From sequence record MN018232.1: 64,000 bases of DNA. One strand, given 5' to 3'. The notes under the pieces are model-generated. The model was not told the origin of the DNA and searched no databases. It saw nothing but the letters and a program-made list of their open reading frames with translations. Made by a program: the position numbers and the translations under genes. Positions 1 through 10,200 of this stretch are shown one piece after another. The first letter of the stretch is position 1. Each line of letters starts with the position of its first letter.

Positions 1-263
1 AGGAGGGCACTATCATAAACAGCAGCAATCGTGGCGCGGAAAGTAGTAGTCGCATAGGTTCCGACATACACTTCATCACCTACAGAGAATGCCGTGGTGT
101 TCTTGGAGTAAATCTCCAAGTATGCTTTCCAGGGTTGTGGACGACCCACGAAGAAATACATTCTGGATCGTTCGGCGCTAGTATCTGTAGCACCTTCAGT
201 TAGCGATTCGAGGAATTGCTTCGCGTTAAAAATTCTAAACTTATCAGAGATAATAGCAGCCAT
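1..263 (-). CDS. gp8: Baseplate wedge protein gp8, N-terminal part (runs off window edge)
   Basis: Manual translation from ATG at 263: MAAIISDKFRIFNAKQFLESLTEG...MYFFVGRPQPW, typical cyanomyophage gp8 N-terminus; directly downstream of gp7. Confidence 0.85.
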   Translation of the reverse strand, partial: MAAIISDKFRIFNAKQFLESLTEGATDTSAERSRMYFFVGRPQPWKAYLEIYSKNTTAFSVGDEVYVGTYATTTFRATIAAVYDSAL

Positions 264-303
264 TGGTTTTTCGTTCCGACGTAATTTGTGCCTGAGTTAT
301 TTA

Positions 304-310
304 TATTTAT
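304..310 (-). promoter_or_regulatory. T4-type late promoter ATAAATA upstream of gp8
   Basis: tatttat on + strand, about 40 nt before the gp8 ATG. Confidence 0.6.
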
Positions 311-318
311 GTGGTTAT

Positions 319-3300
319 TTAGGTTAAATCAAATGGGACTATTTCATCCGCAACGCTGATGTTCGAAGAACCCCTAATAACCGAGCATCCACCAAAACTA
401 TTTGAAGTTTTGCTAGTGTACTCAATAACAGTTCCACCAGAAGTAAATAGATATCCACTTGATGGGAAATATGTTGTATCCTGAACAGTAAGAGAAGTTC
501 CAATAGATCCTGTTACAAACGAGACAGTTACTGGATTTTGGATAGACGGATTAGTCAAATTAAAATATGAACCAGATAAAGTGTAACTGGATTTTGCCCT
601 TTCTGTAAAATCTCTAATAGTCAGAGCAGGATAATGGAATTCCATCTCTAATAAAGTCATTGCAGAAACATTTGCGGTGCCATCATCAAAAATTGAATTA
701 AAACTTCCAATTGTTGGACCAGCATTAGTTCTTTCATAATTACCAATATATTCGCCACTATCTCCAAACAAACTGTTTGTTACAAAAACTACATCGCCAT
801 TTCTCTTAACAACTCCGTAAGAATCATCAAGATCAACAAAACCATTTAATCTAGTTAAAATTGGATCGGAAATATAAATAGACTCCTCATATCCATCAAC
901 AGCACCAGATGGGGGTGGAATTCTCAATAATTCAGTAGTAGATTCTGATAGTGTATTAATAGGTGAAACAATTTGTCTTTTTGTTTCTCTTTCTGCAGTT
1001 CCTACTTCAATACCACCTTTAACACTTACAACACCAACTTCAGACTGAATTGTTGCAACGCCACCAAAGACACTGGATACTAGATCGGGTACTTGTCTAA
1101 TAAATGTTCCTGCTGTCCAGAATTGAGGTGTTGTATTATCTTGTCCTCTCTGAACCATGATGAAACGATCAGAGAGTTTGCGATAGTATCTTACAACCTC
1201 ATTACCAATCAACAGATAACCATTAGTTTTAAATTTAGCAGTATCTGGAATATAGACGATGGTATCTGTTGCATCCAAATCAATATCGAGGTAAGCACCA
1301 ACAGCATAGTAATTAACGTTAGATAGCGCGTCATTATGAATTAGATTTTCGAATGTAGTAGTAATTGCTCTACTTACTGTAGAAATAGAATTGACAGATA
1401 CAATATCTTGAACCTGTGCAGATAGTACAGTTGCATCATGGAATACATCAATTACAGGTACATCATCTAAATTAGCACTAGTTGTTGAACTAAATTCTCT
1501 GTCTGCAATTGACAGTTCAGTATTTTGTTCAACTAACTGAATTTCTGCAGTAATAACTCTATCACTATCAACTGGACTGTTGAAAAGAATAGAAGTAAAC
1601 GTATTAATACCAGAAACTTGATTTCCTAAAACACTAATGCTAGAAAATGCATTCATGCCAGTGGTTTCTAGGAATGGATTAATTCCTACATTAATTAGAG
1701 AAACGCCAATATCTCTTTCACTTAATACATCATATCTTCTAGAAACTACAACTTTTGGTGCTTCTGTATATCCAGATCCACCATCGATGAGATCTACACT
1801 GATAACCTGACCTTTACTAACAAGAACATTGGCAATTGCACCACCACCATTTCCATCTTGTGGAATGAAGTGAAGAACTGGTGGAGTATAATATTGATAA
1901 GCAGTTGGTTGAGTTAATGGATCATAACTACGCTGGTTCCACTCAAGATCTACAACTGCACCATTTTCAATCTTTGCAACAACACTAAGACCTTCACCTC
2001 TAGTGATGCCATTATATCTTTCAACATCTACAGTTCCAAATAGTGAATTTGAAACTTGCTGTTGAACTCTTTGCTCCTTACTAGTTGTGAGAGATGGAAG
2101 TTTCTTGATTCTTCTAAATCCTTCCTCTCCTTCCAATCTGATAAGATCATTATTTGAAAGACTTACGAAAGGTTGTTTGTAAGTTTTTCCTAGAGAAGTT
2201 CCTGCCCAAATCTGATTGTTATCAGAAAGAACCAATCTTCCTTGATCGTCTACTTGATATGTGATAGAAGATGCACTGTGATCAAAAGAAATAACTGAAG
2301 AAATATTATATCTTCCAGAAACAGCGAACACTACATCTAAACCATTAATTAATTCAGATTTTTGACCAAAAATCTCAAAGTTGAGTGTAGATCCACTAAC
2401 AAATGCATTTGAAATTTGACCAATGATATTATAAGTGTTATCTGGTTTTATTTGCAAGGCATGGATGGGAGATCCAATGTATTGACCCATCCAACTATAA
2501 TTGATAAAGTTTGAAAGACCAGATGTTACCTCAAGACTTACATTGCCTTTAGCATAGAAATTATCTGGTGCAAAATCAAAAACGTTTAGAATCTGTCCAA
2601 CATCTCTGCCATACAGATATCTAATATCAATCTTCATTTCCTTTTTGATAGGAACATTGAAATAAATGTTTGGACCAGAAACTGTGTAAGAATACTGTTC
2701 TCTCTGTAAAACACCATCAAGGAAAACATACAGATATCTAGAATCTTCGATGTTTTGAACAGTATAATCTTCTACATCTAGAATCAAGAAAGGACCAGAT
2801 CTTACGCCATCAACCAAGTTATAATCAATAGTCAGTCTCTTGTAATTTCCTACACCAATACCAACAACTTTTTCTACTGCTGTTGGTTCTCCAATAGTTT
2901 TAGCACCAAAATCTTGATCCCAAATAGGTGCAACATCAAATACAACACGGTTTGGAATTACAGTTCTATCAATATAATAAGCATCTTCTTGTGGATACGT
3001 TGCGGTATACTTTGGTCTTTGTAATACAGCGTTGATAGTCAAGAACAAGTCTTCATCTTCTTCTGTGTTAACTTCTGTACCATCTTCCCAATACAGATCA
3101 AAGATAGTATTTTCACCGTCAACATAGTCTGGTCTGGTTTTTGTAACTACTTGATTATTCAGTACCGATTCAAAGTTATCATACAATGAATCCACAGAAG
3201 AAACTACATCGTCACATTCTTGTGAAATTAATAAAGGATCTGGAATAATATTATAGTTTGAATAAGTTGGTGTGTTTGACCAGAAACCAGACTTGTTCTC

Positions 3301-4491
3301 ATTGATTTCAACTACTTCAACAACACCAGTTCCATTTGCAATGATATCCTTTACGATATCAATCATTGTATTAATAGAAGATTCAACTTCGGCACAATAT
3401 GGAGATACAGAATCTGCAATGACATTAGAGTCTGTAAATGGCGGAATTGCTGTATAAGTTCCCACTCCAAGAGAATTTCTCATAGCAAGAACCATTTTTT
3501 CTGCAAGTTTATTCCAAGCATCAATAGCAGCAGTTGTCTCCTCTGGAGTTCTATTGATGTAAGTTAATTCTTCACCATATGGATAACCAGTGTTAGTATA
3601 GTAAAGTTGTGCGAAATTAACAACTTTTTCATTGCCACCAAATCTTAAGTGATAAACAACAGCATCAATTAAATAACCAAGGTCTCTGTAACACTTTGTT
3701 TTATCCCCCTGTGGGAGGTTATAAGTGGCATAGATGTACTCACTAATTTCTTCTTGTAGATATTCTTTATTCGAATTGATTAAGTTAGAAGCATCATAAT
3801 ATGTTCCATTATTAATACCACTCAAATAGAAAGTTGCAACGTCAGATCCAGAGAAAGATACAGGAGCTATTAATTCGTCTCCTGGTTGAACGGAAAATGT
3901 GTTTCCTGGTGCAACAGAACCAGTGTTTGTAGGTAGAATGTAATTTCCATTGGTTGTTCCGTTCAAATCGGTATTACCAGCAGATGCTCCACCTCCACCA
4001 CCAGAGTTTGCAAGTGCAGCAGATGATAGTGTAACTTCAGTAGCACTGTCAATAGAAACAATCCTAGTTCCTTCATTAAAAGCTCTACCAGAACTAATAT
4101 ACATTCCAACTGCTAACCTATTTGTATCGGTGACAGTAACCGTTCTTGATCCTTGAATATAATTTACATTCTCTTCTACGATATCCCAGTTTCTAATTGC
4201 AAGTTTTGCTAGATTTGTAGCATACTTAAAAATTCCCAAAGACTCGGACTTATTCTTTGTGATATAATCATATTCATCATTATTGTCAAAAATATTGACG
4301 TAATCGACTGTCTTAGTATTTCCACCAAATCTCAAATCGTGCTCATAAGCATCGAGAATGAATCCAATGTCTTTAGAGTAGTCATCAAGTTTGGTGCTCC
4401 AATCCAAAGAAGGATATTTAAACTTACCATATCCAACAGATTCTTCCACAATGAAAGTTTTGTTTCTTTCAATTTGATTTGCAGAATCCAA
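319..4491 (-). CDS. gp7: Baseplate wedge initiator gp7, C-terminal portion (continuation of 7238..13718)
   Basis: Its first 121 codons duplicate the end of the 7238 ORF; GSGY repeats; lies immediately upstream of gp8. Confidence 0.8.
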   Translation of the reverse strand: MDSANQIERNKTFIVEESVGYGKFKYPSLDWSTKLDDYSKDIGFILDAYEHDLRFGGNTKTVDYVNIFDNNDEYDYITKNKSESLGIFKYATNLAKLAIRNWDIVEENVNYIQGSRTVTVTDTNRLAVGMYISSGRAFNEGTRIVSIDSATEVTLSSAALANSGGGGGASAGNTDLNGTTNGNYILPTNTGSVAPGNTFSVQPGDELIAPVSFSGSDVATFYLSGINNGTYYDASNLINSNKEYLQEEISEYIYATYNLPQGDKTKCYRDLGYLIDAVVYHLRFGGNEKVVNFAQLYYTNTGYPYGEELTYINRTPEETTAAIDAWNKLAEKMVLAMRNSLGVGTYTAIPPFTDSNVIADSVSPYCAEVESSINTMIDIVKDIIANGTGVVEVVEINENKSGFWSNTPTYSNYNIIPDPLLISQECDDVVSSVDSLYDNFESVLNNQVVTKTRPDYVDGENTIFDLYWEDGTEVNTEEDEDLFLTINAVLQRPKYTATYPQEDAYYIDRTVIPNRVVFDVAPIWDQDFGAKTIGEPTAVEKVVGIGVGNYKRLTIDYNLVDGVRSGPFLILDVEDYTVQNIEDSRYLYVFLDGVLQREQYSYTVSGPNIYFNVPIKKEMKIDIRYLYGRDVGQILNVFDFAPDNFYAKGNVSLEVTSGLSNFINYSWMGQYIGSPIHALQIKPDNTYNIIGQISNAFVSGSTLNFEIFGQKSELINGLDVVFAVSGRYNISSVISFDHSASSITYQVDDQGRLVLSDNNQIWAGTSLGKTYKQPFVSLSNNDLIRLEGEEGFRRIKKLPSLTTSKEQRVQQQVSNSLFGTVDVERYNGITRGEGLSVVAKIENGAVVDLEWNQRSYDPLTQPTAYQYYTPPVLHFIPQDGNGGGAIANVLVSKGQVISVDLIDGGSGYTEAPKVVVSRRYDVLSERDIGVSLINVGINPFLETTGMNAFSSISVLGNQVSGINTFTSILFNSPVDSDRVITAEIQLVEQNTELSIADREFSSTTSANLDDVPVIDVFHDATVLSAQVQDIVSVNSISTVSRAITTTFENLIHNDALSNVNYYAVGAYLDIDLDATDTIVYIPDTAKFKTNGYLLIGNEVVRYYRKLSDRFIMVQRGQDNTTPQFWTAGTFIRQVPDLVSSVFGGVATIQSEVGVVSVKGGIEVGTAERETKRQIVSPINTLSESTTELLRIPPPSGAVDGYEESIYISDPILTRLNGFVDLDDSYGVVKRNGDVVFVTNSLFGDSGEYIGNYERTNAGPTIGSFNSIFDDGTANVSAMTLLEMEFHYPALTIRDFTERAKSSYTLSGSYFNLTNPSIQNPVTVSFVTGSIGTSLTVQDTTYFPSSGYLFTSGGTVIEYTSKTSNSFGGCSVIRGSSNISVADEIVPFDLT

Positions 4492-4492
4492 C
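4128..4492. repeat. 365-bp inverted duplicate of 13354..13718 (contig overlap)
   Basis: Identical translation LDSANQIERNK...GSRTVTVT in both copies; both ends traced at base level, interior spot-checked. Confidence 0.9.
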
Positions 4493-4495
4493 AGA
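4485..4495. other. Breakpoint J1 (contig join)
   Basis: Identity to gp7 ends at 4492; an unrelated + strand gene fragment begins. Confidence 0.85.
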
Positions 4496-4820
4496 TGTTA
4501 TAGATAATAATGTAAGTGAAGTGCCCCAAGAGCACAAATCGCATAATTGTGTCGCTTTAGAGAATGGGCAGTTTGGATTGTACCCCAACAACAGGATGCG
4601 TTTGTATGACCTCTCTATCACTCCTGAGACGCCATTAACTCCTGATTTTAAAGTATCTACCGTGGAATATCAAGTTGAGAACGGAACCGATTGGGGACGC
4701 CTTGGAGATACTGATGATTATTTCTGGCAGACACCTAAAGAAAGGGATAGCAACCCCGTTAAAAGTTCTGATCAAACTTTTCTAACGGAGAAAAACGATG
4801 GGACTATTTCCAGTAGATAA
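4493..4820 (+). CDS. C-terminal half of a conserved cyanophage hypothetical protein (N-terminal half at 13719..14092, minus strand)
   Basis: DVIDNNVSEVPQEHKSHNCVALENGQFGLYPNNRMRLYD...PDFKVST recognised as the continuation of the EVWVRKEYL...FTLDN family. Confidence 0.7.
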
Positions 4821-5013
4821 AAGTGAAGAATTTATCGAAGAGGGTATGACACTGATTACCGAAACGGACAGTGACCGCCTCCTAGATGCCGCTGCAAAGC
4901 GTCGTAGAGCAAAGATGAAGGAAGAACTATACCCACTTCCTGAAGACCGCATGGAACGCCCATGTGGAGGAGCAGGTGGTTTTGATGATTTCGTAGAGCG
5001 TTGGCACGAGTGA
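4798..5013 (+). CDS. Conserved cyanophage hypothetical protein upstream of gp25
   Basis: 71-aa ORF (EFIEEGMTLITETDSDRLLD) followed by a late promoter. Confidence 0.6.
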   Translation: MGLFPVDKSEEFIEEGMTLITETDSDRLLDAAAKRRRAKMKEELYPLPEDRMERPCGGAGGFDDFVERWHE

Positions 5014-5020
5014 ATAAATA
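5014..5020 (+). promoter_or_regulatory. Late promoter ATAAATA for gp25-gp6-gp7
   Basis: gaATAAATAg about 25 nt before the gp25 ATG. Confidence 0.7.
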
Positions 5021-5044
5021 GAAACAGCCTATTGCTGTGTCTAA

Positions 5045-5437
5045 ATGCCGACCTTTCAGACATTCAAAGATCTGAGTGTTACTTTTAAGAAGCATCCTGT
5101 TTCCGACGATTTGGTAACAGTAAAAGACAAGGCAGCTATCGTTCAGGCGATTACTGCCTTGCTTCTTACTAGAAAGGGAGAAAGACCATTCCAACCTCAG
5201 TTAGGTTGTGGAATTCAGAATGTATTGTTCGAACCATTAGATTATGGTAGTGCTGGTATCATCCGATCCGAGATTAGAGATGTACTAAACCGCTATGAAC
5301 CAAGAATTAGTGTTGATAGTATCCGCTGCACACCAGATGATATGAATAATGGTTATGAAGTTGAGATGTCGTATACGATTGTAGGTAGAGACGACGCACC
5401 AGTAGCAGTAGAATTCTTCTTAGAGCGTACACGATAA
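5045..5437 (+). CDS. gp25: Baseplate wedge subunit gp25
   Basis: LLLTRKGERPFQPQLGC...LFEP...NRYEPRI, gp25/GPW motif. Confidence 0.9.
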   Translation: MPTFQTFKDLSVTFKKHPVSDDLVTVKDKAAIVQAITALLLTRKGERPFQPQLGCGIQNVLFEPLDYGSAGIIRSEIRDVLNRYEPRISVDSIRCTPDDMNNGYEVEMSYTIVGRDDAPVAVEFFLERTR

Positions 5438-7233
5438 TGCCTTATACTCAGGTTGCCAATCTAGACTTTGAAGACATCAAAATTGCTCTAAAGGATTATC
5501 TTAGGGCACAGTCGGATTTTACTGACTATGATTTTGATGGTAGTGCGTTATCAACGCTAATTGATACTCTCGCTTATAACACCTATTACACGGCGTTTAA
5601 CACCAATATGGTGGTCAATGAACTATTCATTGATTCAGCGACCTTGAGAGACAACGTAGTAGCGATTGCGAAGCAATTAGGATACAGACCCAAGAGTGCT
5701 ACGTCTCCAACAGCATATATCTCATTTACTGTTGATTACAGAAATCCCACGACCGATACAGAACTCATCCTTAAGAAAGGAACGGGATTCATTGCTTCTT
5801 ACGACAACAACATCTATCAGTATGTTGTATTAGATGATGTAACAGCGCAAGTAGCAAATCAACAAGCAATTTTCACTGATGTTGCCATTAGAGAGGGAAC
5901 ACAATTAGTAAACACATTCACAGTAAACACTGCTCTCAAGTCTCAAAGATTTGTATTAGACAATAGAGACATTGATACAAATACTATTAGAGTAAGAGTT
6001 TTCCCAACAGGTGGATCGTTCAACGAACCATATTTGGTTGCAGATAACATTTTGGGTGTTGACGGTGACTCAAAAATCTTCTTCTTGGAAGAAATCGAAG
6101 ATGAAAGATATGAGTTATTGTTTGGTGATGGTGTATTAGGCAAGAAACTTGAAAATGGATCTAGAGTCGAAGTATCTTACCTAACAACATCTGGTCCAGA
6201 ATCAAATGGAGTTAGAACTTTTGTATTCTCTGGAGTCATTGAAAATCCAGATGGTGTATCACCAAATGGTTTTGATGTTACCATTAACTCTACGGTCGCT
6301 TCAAGCGGCGGGGAGGAGGTAGAAACTACCAATACGATAAAGTACAACGCTCCTAAAGCATACGGCACACAGGACCGTGCAGTGACCGCTCAGGACTACT
6401 CTTCAATTGTTCGTAGAGTATATCCTTCGGTAAGTGATATTATTATCTTTGGTGGAGAGGATCAGGACCCACCACAGTATGGAAAGGTATTCATTGCTCT
6501 CAAACCAAAAGATGCTTCATACCTGACATCACTCACAAAGAATGAAATTGTAACAGAACTCAAGAAATATGTTGTTGCTTCTGTAGAACCTGTCTTAATT
6601 GATCCATCTATTCTCTATGTTGAGATGAATAGTAAGATTTACTACGATAGACAAGCAACGGATCAGACTCCTGCACAAATTAGGGACAAAGTTATTGGTT
6701 CTGTCCAAGATTATCTCGATACTTCCAACACAGAGAAGTTTAACGGGAAGTTCAGATACAGTAAAATGGTTGGTGTTATTGACGATGCTGATAGAAGCAT
6801 TAACTCTAACTTAACTTCTGTAACAATGAGGAAAGATTTTTACCCTCAGTTGAATTCAACTTTCTATTATGAGATCTGTTTTCAGAACGCTTTTGATGTT
6901 GAGTGTGACGAATCTATCCTTTCTACGACTGGATTTAGAGTAACCGAATATCCTACTTTTGATGTCTATTTGGAAGATAGGGATGGCAAAATTGTCCTAT
7001 ATAGACTAGACACTGTAACTGGTGAAAAAGTCGTCCTGGACAAGGAAGTTGGTGATATTGATTATGAAAAAGGTGAATTGAGAATGTACAATTTAACTAT
7101 CATTAAAGGTAGTTTCTTTGATAACCGTATATCAGTTAGAGTAAAACCACTATCAAACGATATTAAGGCACTCCGCGAGGTTTATCTTGATGTTGATGTG
7201 GCAAATTCCAGTTTCGTCGCGTACAAAGAGTAA
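5437..7233 (+). CDS. gp6: Baseplate wedge subunit gp6
   Basis: NLDFEDIK...FTDYDFDGS...AYNTYY and QDRAVTAQDY motifs. Confidence 0.92.
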   Translation: MPYTQVANLDFEDIKIALKDYLRAQSDFTDYDFDGSALSTLIDTLAYNTYYTAFNTNMVVNELFIDSATLRDNVVAIAKQLGYRPKSATSPTAYISFTVDYRNPTTDTELILKKGTGFIASYDNNIYQYVVLDDVTAQVANQQAIFTDVAIREGTQLVNTFTVNTALKSQRFVLDNRDIDTNTIRVRVFPTGGSFNEPYLVADNILGVDGDSKIFFLEEIEDERYELLFGDGVLGKKLENGSRVEVSYLTTSGPESNGVRTFVFSGVIENPDGVSPNGFDVTINSTVASSGGEEVETTNTIKYNAPKAYGTQDRAVTAQDYSSIVRRVYPSVSDIIIFGGEDQDPPQYGKVFIALKPKDASYLTSLTKNEIVTELKKYVVASVEPVLIDPSILYVEMNSKIYYDRQATDQTPAQIRDKVIGSVQDYLDTSNTEKFNGKFRYSKMVGVIDDADRSINSNLTSVTMRKDFYPQLNSTFYYEICFQNAFDVECDESILSTTGFRVTEYPTFDVYLEDRDGKIVLYRLDTVTGEKVVLDKEVGDIDYEKGELRMYNLTIIKGSFFDNRISVRVKPLSNDIKALREVYLDVDVANSSFVAYKE

Positions 7234-7237
7234 TTAA

Positions 7238-10200
7238 ATGGCTGTCAAGACCAAGAGAATCTCTACTCTTATTGAGTCACAACTTCCCGAGTTTATCTCT
7301 ACAGAGTACGAACTTTTTAGTAAGTTTGTACAGAAGTATTATGAAGCTCAAGAGGTTCAGGGCGGTCCTTTGGATATTCTTTCCAATATCCAAAAGTATG
7401 CGGACATTGACTACTACGAAAAGAATTTACTTAAGCAGAATGATCAACTAGCAGTATCAGTATCGGATTCTGATACTACGATCACTCTAAATGATGCCAG
7501 TTCATTCCCAGAAAAGAATGGATATGTAAGAATTGGCAACGAAATTATTTTTTATGCTACAAGAACAGACACTCAGTTGTTGGAGTGTTCTAGAGGTGTC
7601 AGTGGAAACACAACACTGGGAGACTTGTATGATGCATCCAAATTCTCCACCACAGAATCTGCCTCTCATGTGTCAGGTGAGAAAGTTTACAATGTAAGCA
7701 ATCTCTTCTTGTATGCATTTGTAAAAAACTTTGAGAACCAGTATTTGGGTTCATTCCCTGAAAAATACCTCAAAGGTGATGTTGACAAGAGAACTCTGAT
7801 TAAAAATATTCAGAAGTTCTATAAAGCAAAGGGAACTGATAGTTCAATCAAATTTGTCTTTAACACTATTGTCGCTAAAGACATCAACAACAAACCTTCT
7901 GTATATAAACCAAGAGACTTTACATATAAGTCTTCGGAAGCAGATTGGATTTCTGTTTATGCACTTAAGGTAAAAATTGTATCTGGAGATCCAAAGTCTC
8001 TGATTGGTCAGAAAGTTGTACAAACTTCTACCGATGAGTATGACTATGCATCAGCAACAGTAGACAACGTATATCAAGATGGAACTTCCGATGGAGAAGT
8101 TATCTGGAATATTGTTCTAGCTCCAGAAACTGTAAATGGCGAGTTTGCTGTTTCAACTAAGACTAGACTAGAAAAAGACTTACTAGATTCTTCTGGGGAA
8201 GGAAGCAGAGTAAATGTATTCTCAACTATTGGTTGGGGATCAACTGGTCAAGTTCTAATTGACCAAGAACTCATTTCGTTTGAAGATAAGAATGTAACTC
8301 AATTTGTAATTAGCGACAGAGGTGCAGTTCCTGTTCTACACGAAGCAGGTTCTTCAGTTTACAAACCAGTAATCATTTCAGGATCTGGTGCGTCACTACT
8401 AACATTAGGTGTTGTATACAATCTAGCACCTTCCGATTCTCACCCATACGCATCTGTTGGTGATAAAATCCAAGTATCTGATCCTGGTTTTAAAACTGCT
8501 GATCCTAGAATTACACTTCCTGGTACAAATCAGTCTAGATGGGTTTTAGGATCTGGTGCTTCTGTAAATATTCCAACTATTCCAGCCCTACAAACTTCTT
8601 TGAATGAAGTTTCGACTAATGTATCTGCTATTTTCGAAGATGAGCAATATTATTATATCACTGGTTCTAGTTATCCATCATACAAGATTCTTGATGGTTC
8701 ATCTGTAAATCAGGAACTAAAGGATCAAAAACTTTTAAGATTGCTCAGAAAGCGTCCAACTGTAACAACTGAGGTATACCAAACTCCAAAAAGGGATGTT
8801 GGAATTCTTGTAAATGGCGTTCCCATCTATGGTTATAAAGATGAAGAAAGCATCAGGTTTGGTAAACTAGTAGAAATCAAAGTTGATACTCAAGGAAGAG
8901 GATATGCAAAACCTCCCTTTGTACTATTAGATGGTGTACCAAACAAAGCAAGAGCAGTATTGTCTGGTCAGGTAGTTGAAAGTATTGTTGTAGAAACTAC
9001 TAGCATTTTCCCAAGAACACCAGAAGTGACAATTACTTCTGGTAGAAGAGCAGAAGTTCGTGCTATTGTTACTGGTGGAAAAGTAACAAGTCTTGTTATT
9101 GACAACCCTGGTGAATTTTATTCATCACCTCCAGTTGTTCGTATTCGTGATAATGCTGGAAGAGGTAGATTTGCTGAGTATAATGCCATTGTTGATACAG
9201 ATGGCAAGATCACTGGATTTGATAAAGTAGAAGAAGGAAACTTTTATACTCAAGATAGTGTAATTGTTGACATTATCCCAGTAGGACAAGGTGCATCTGG
9301 CATCGCTCTACTCAAAGAGTGGAACAAAAATAGATTCACAAAATTAAATTCTACTCTTGATACAAACTATGGTTATGTTTTTAGAAATTACAATAATGTC
9401 TTAGAGTATGGATATGCACATGTTGCAAATCCAAAGGCACTTAGAGTTTCTCTAGGTGATAACTTAAACTCTGCTGATACAGAACCAGCAAACAAAACAC
9501 ACTCACCAATCCTTGGATTTGCTTACGATGGTAATCCAATCTATGGTCCGTTTGCTCATCAGAATCCACTAGATCCACAATCTCCTATTGTTAGGATGAC
9601 ATCTAGTTATTCTTTGAATGGTTCTCGTCAAGACGGTCCATCACTGTCACAATATCCACTAGGATCATTTGTAAATGATTACACTTATAAGCATAAGAGT
9701 GGATCTTTGGATCAGAATAATGGAAGATATTGTGTAACACCAGATTTCCCAGAAGGAACATATGCATATTTCTTGACTATCAATAGTAGTCAGGTTCCTC
9801 AGTTTCCATATTTTGTTGGTGAGAACTTCTACTCCCTTCCAGTTGATAGTAACTATAATTCAAACATTAATCAAAACGACATTCCAAAAACTGCTAGAAG
9901 ATTCTTTATTCCTGGTATGCCAAGGAATGGAGAAGGTGTAATTGCTTCCATTTCAGAAGTTCAGTCTGGAACAGTAGATAATGTATCAGTAAACTCTTCC
10001 TCAAACAACTTCTCAGTAAACTCTAGTGTTTACTTTGATAATCAAGGAACTGGTGGATCTGAAGTAGAAGCAATTATCGAGTCGGTCAAAGGTAAGCAAG
10101 TTGATTATCTTGTCAGTAAAGAAAATAAAGTTGTAAAACTAACAACTATTCAAACAGCATATTTGTTTGCTGATGATACTTTAAGGCAACCATCATCAAG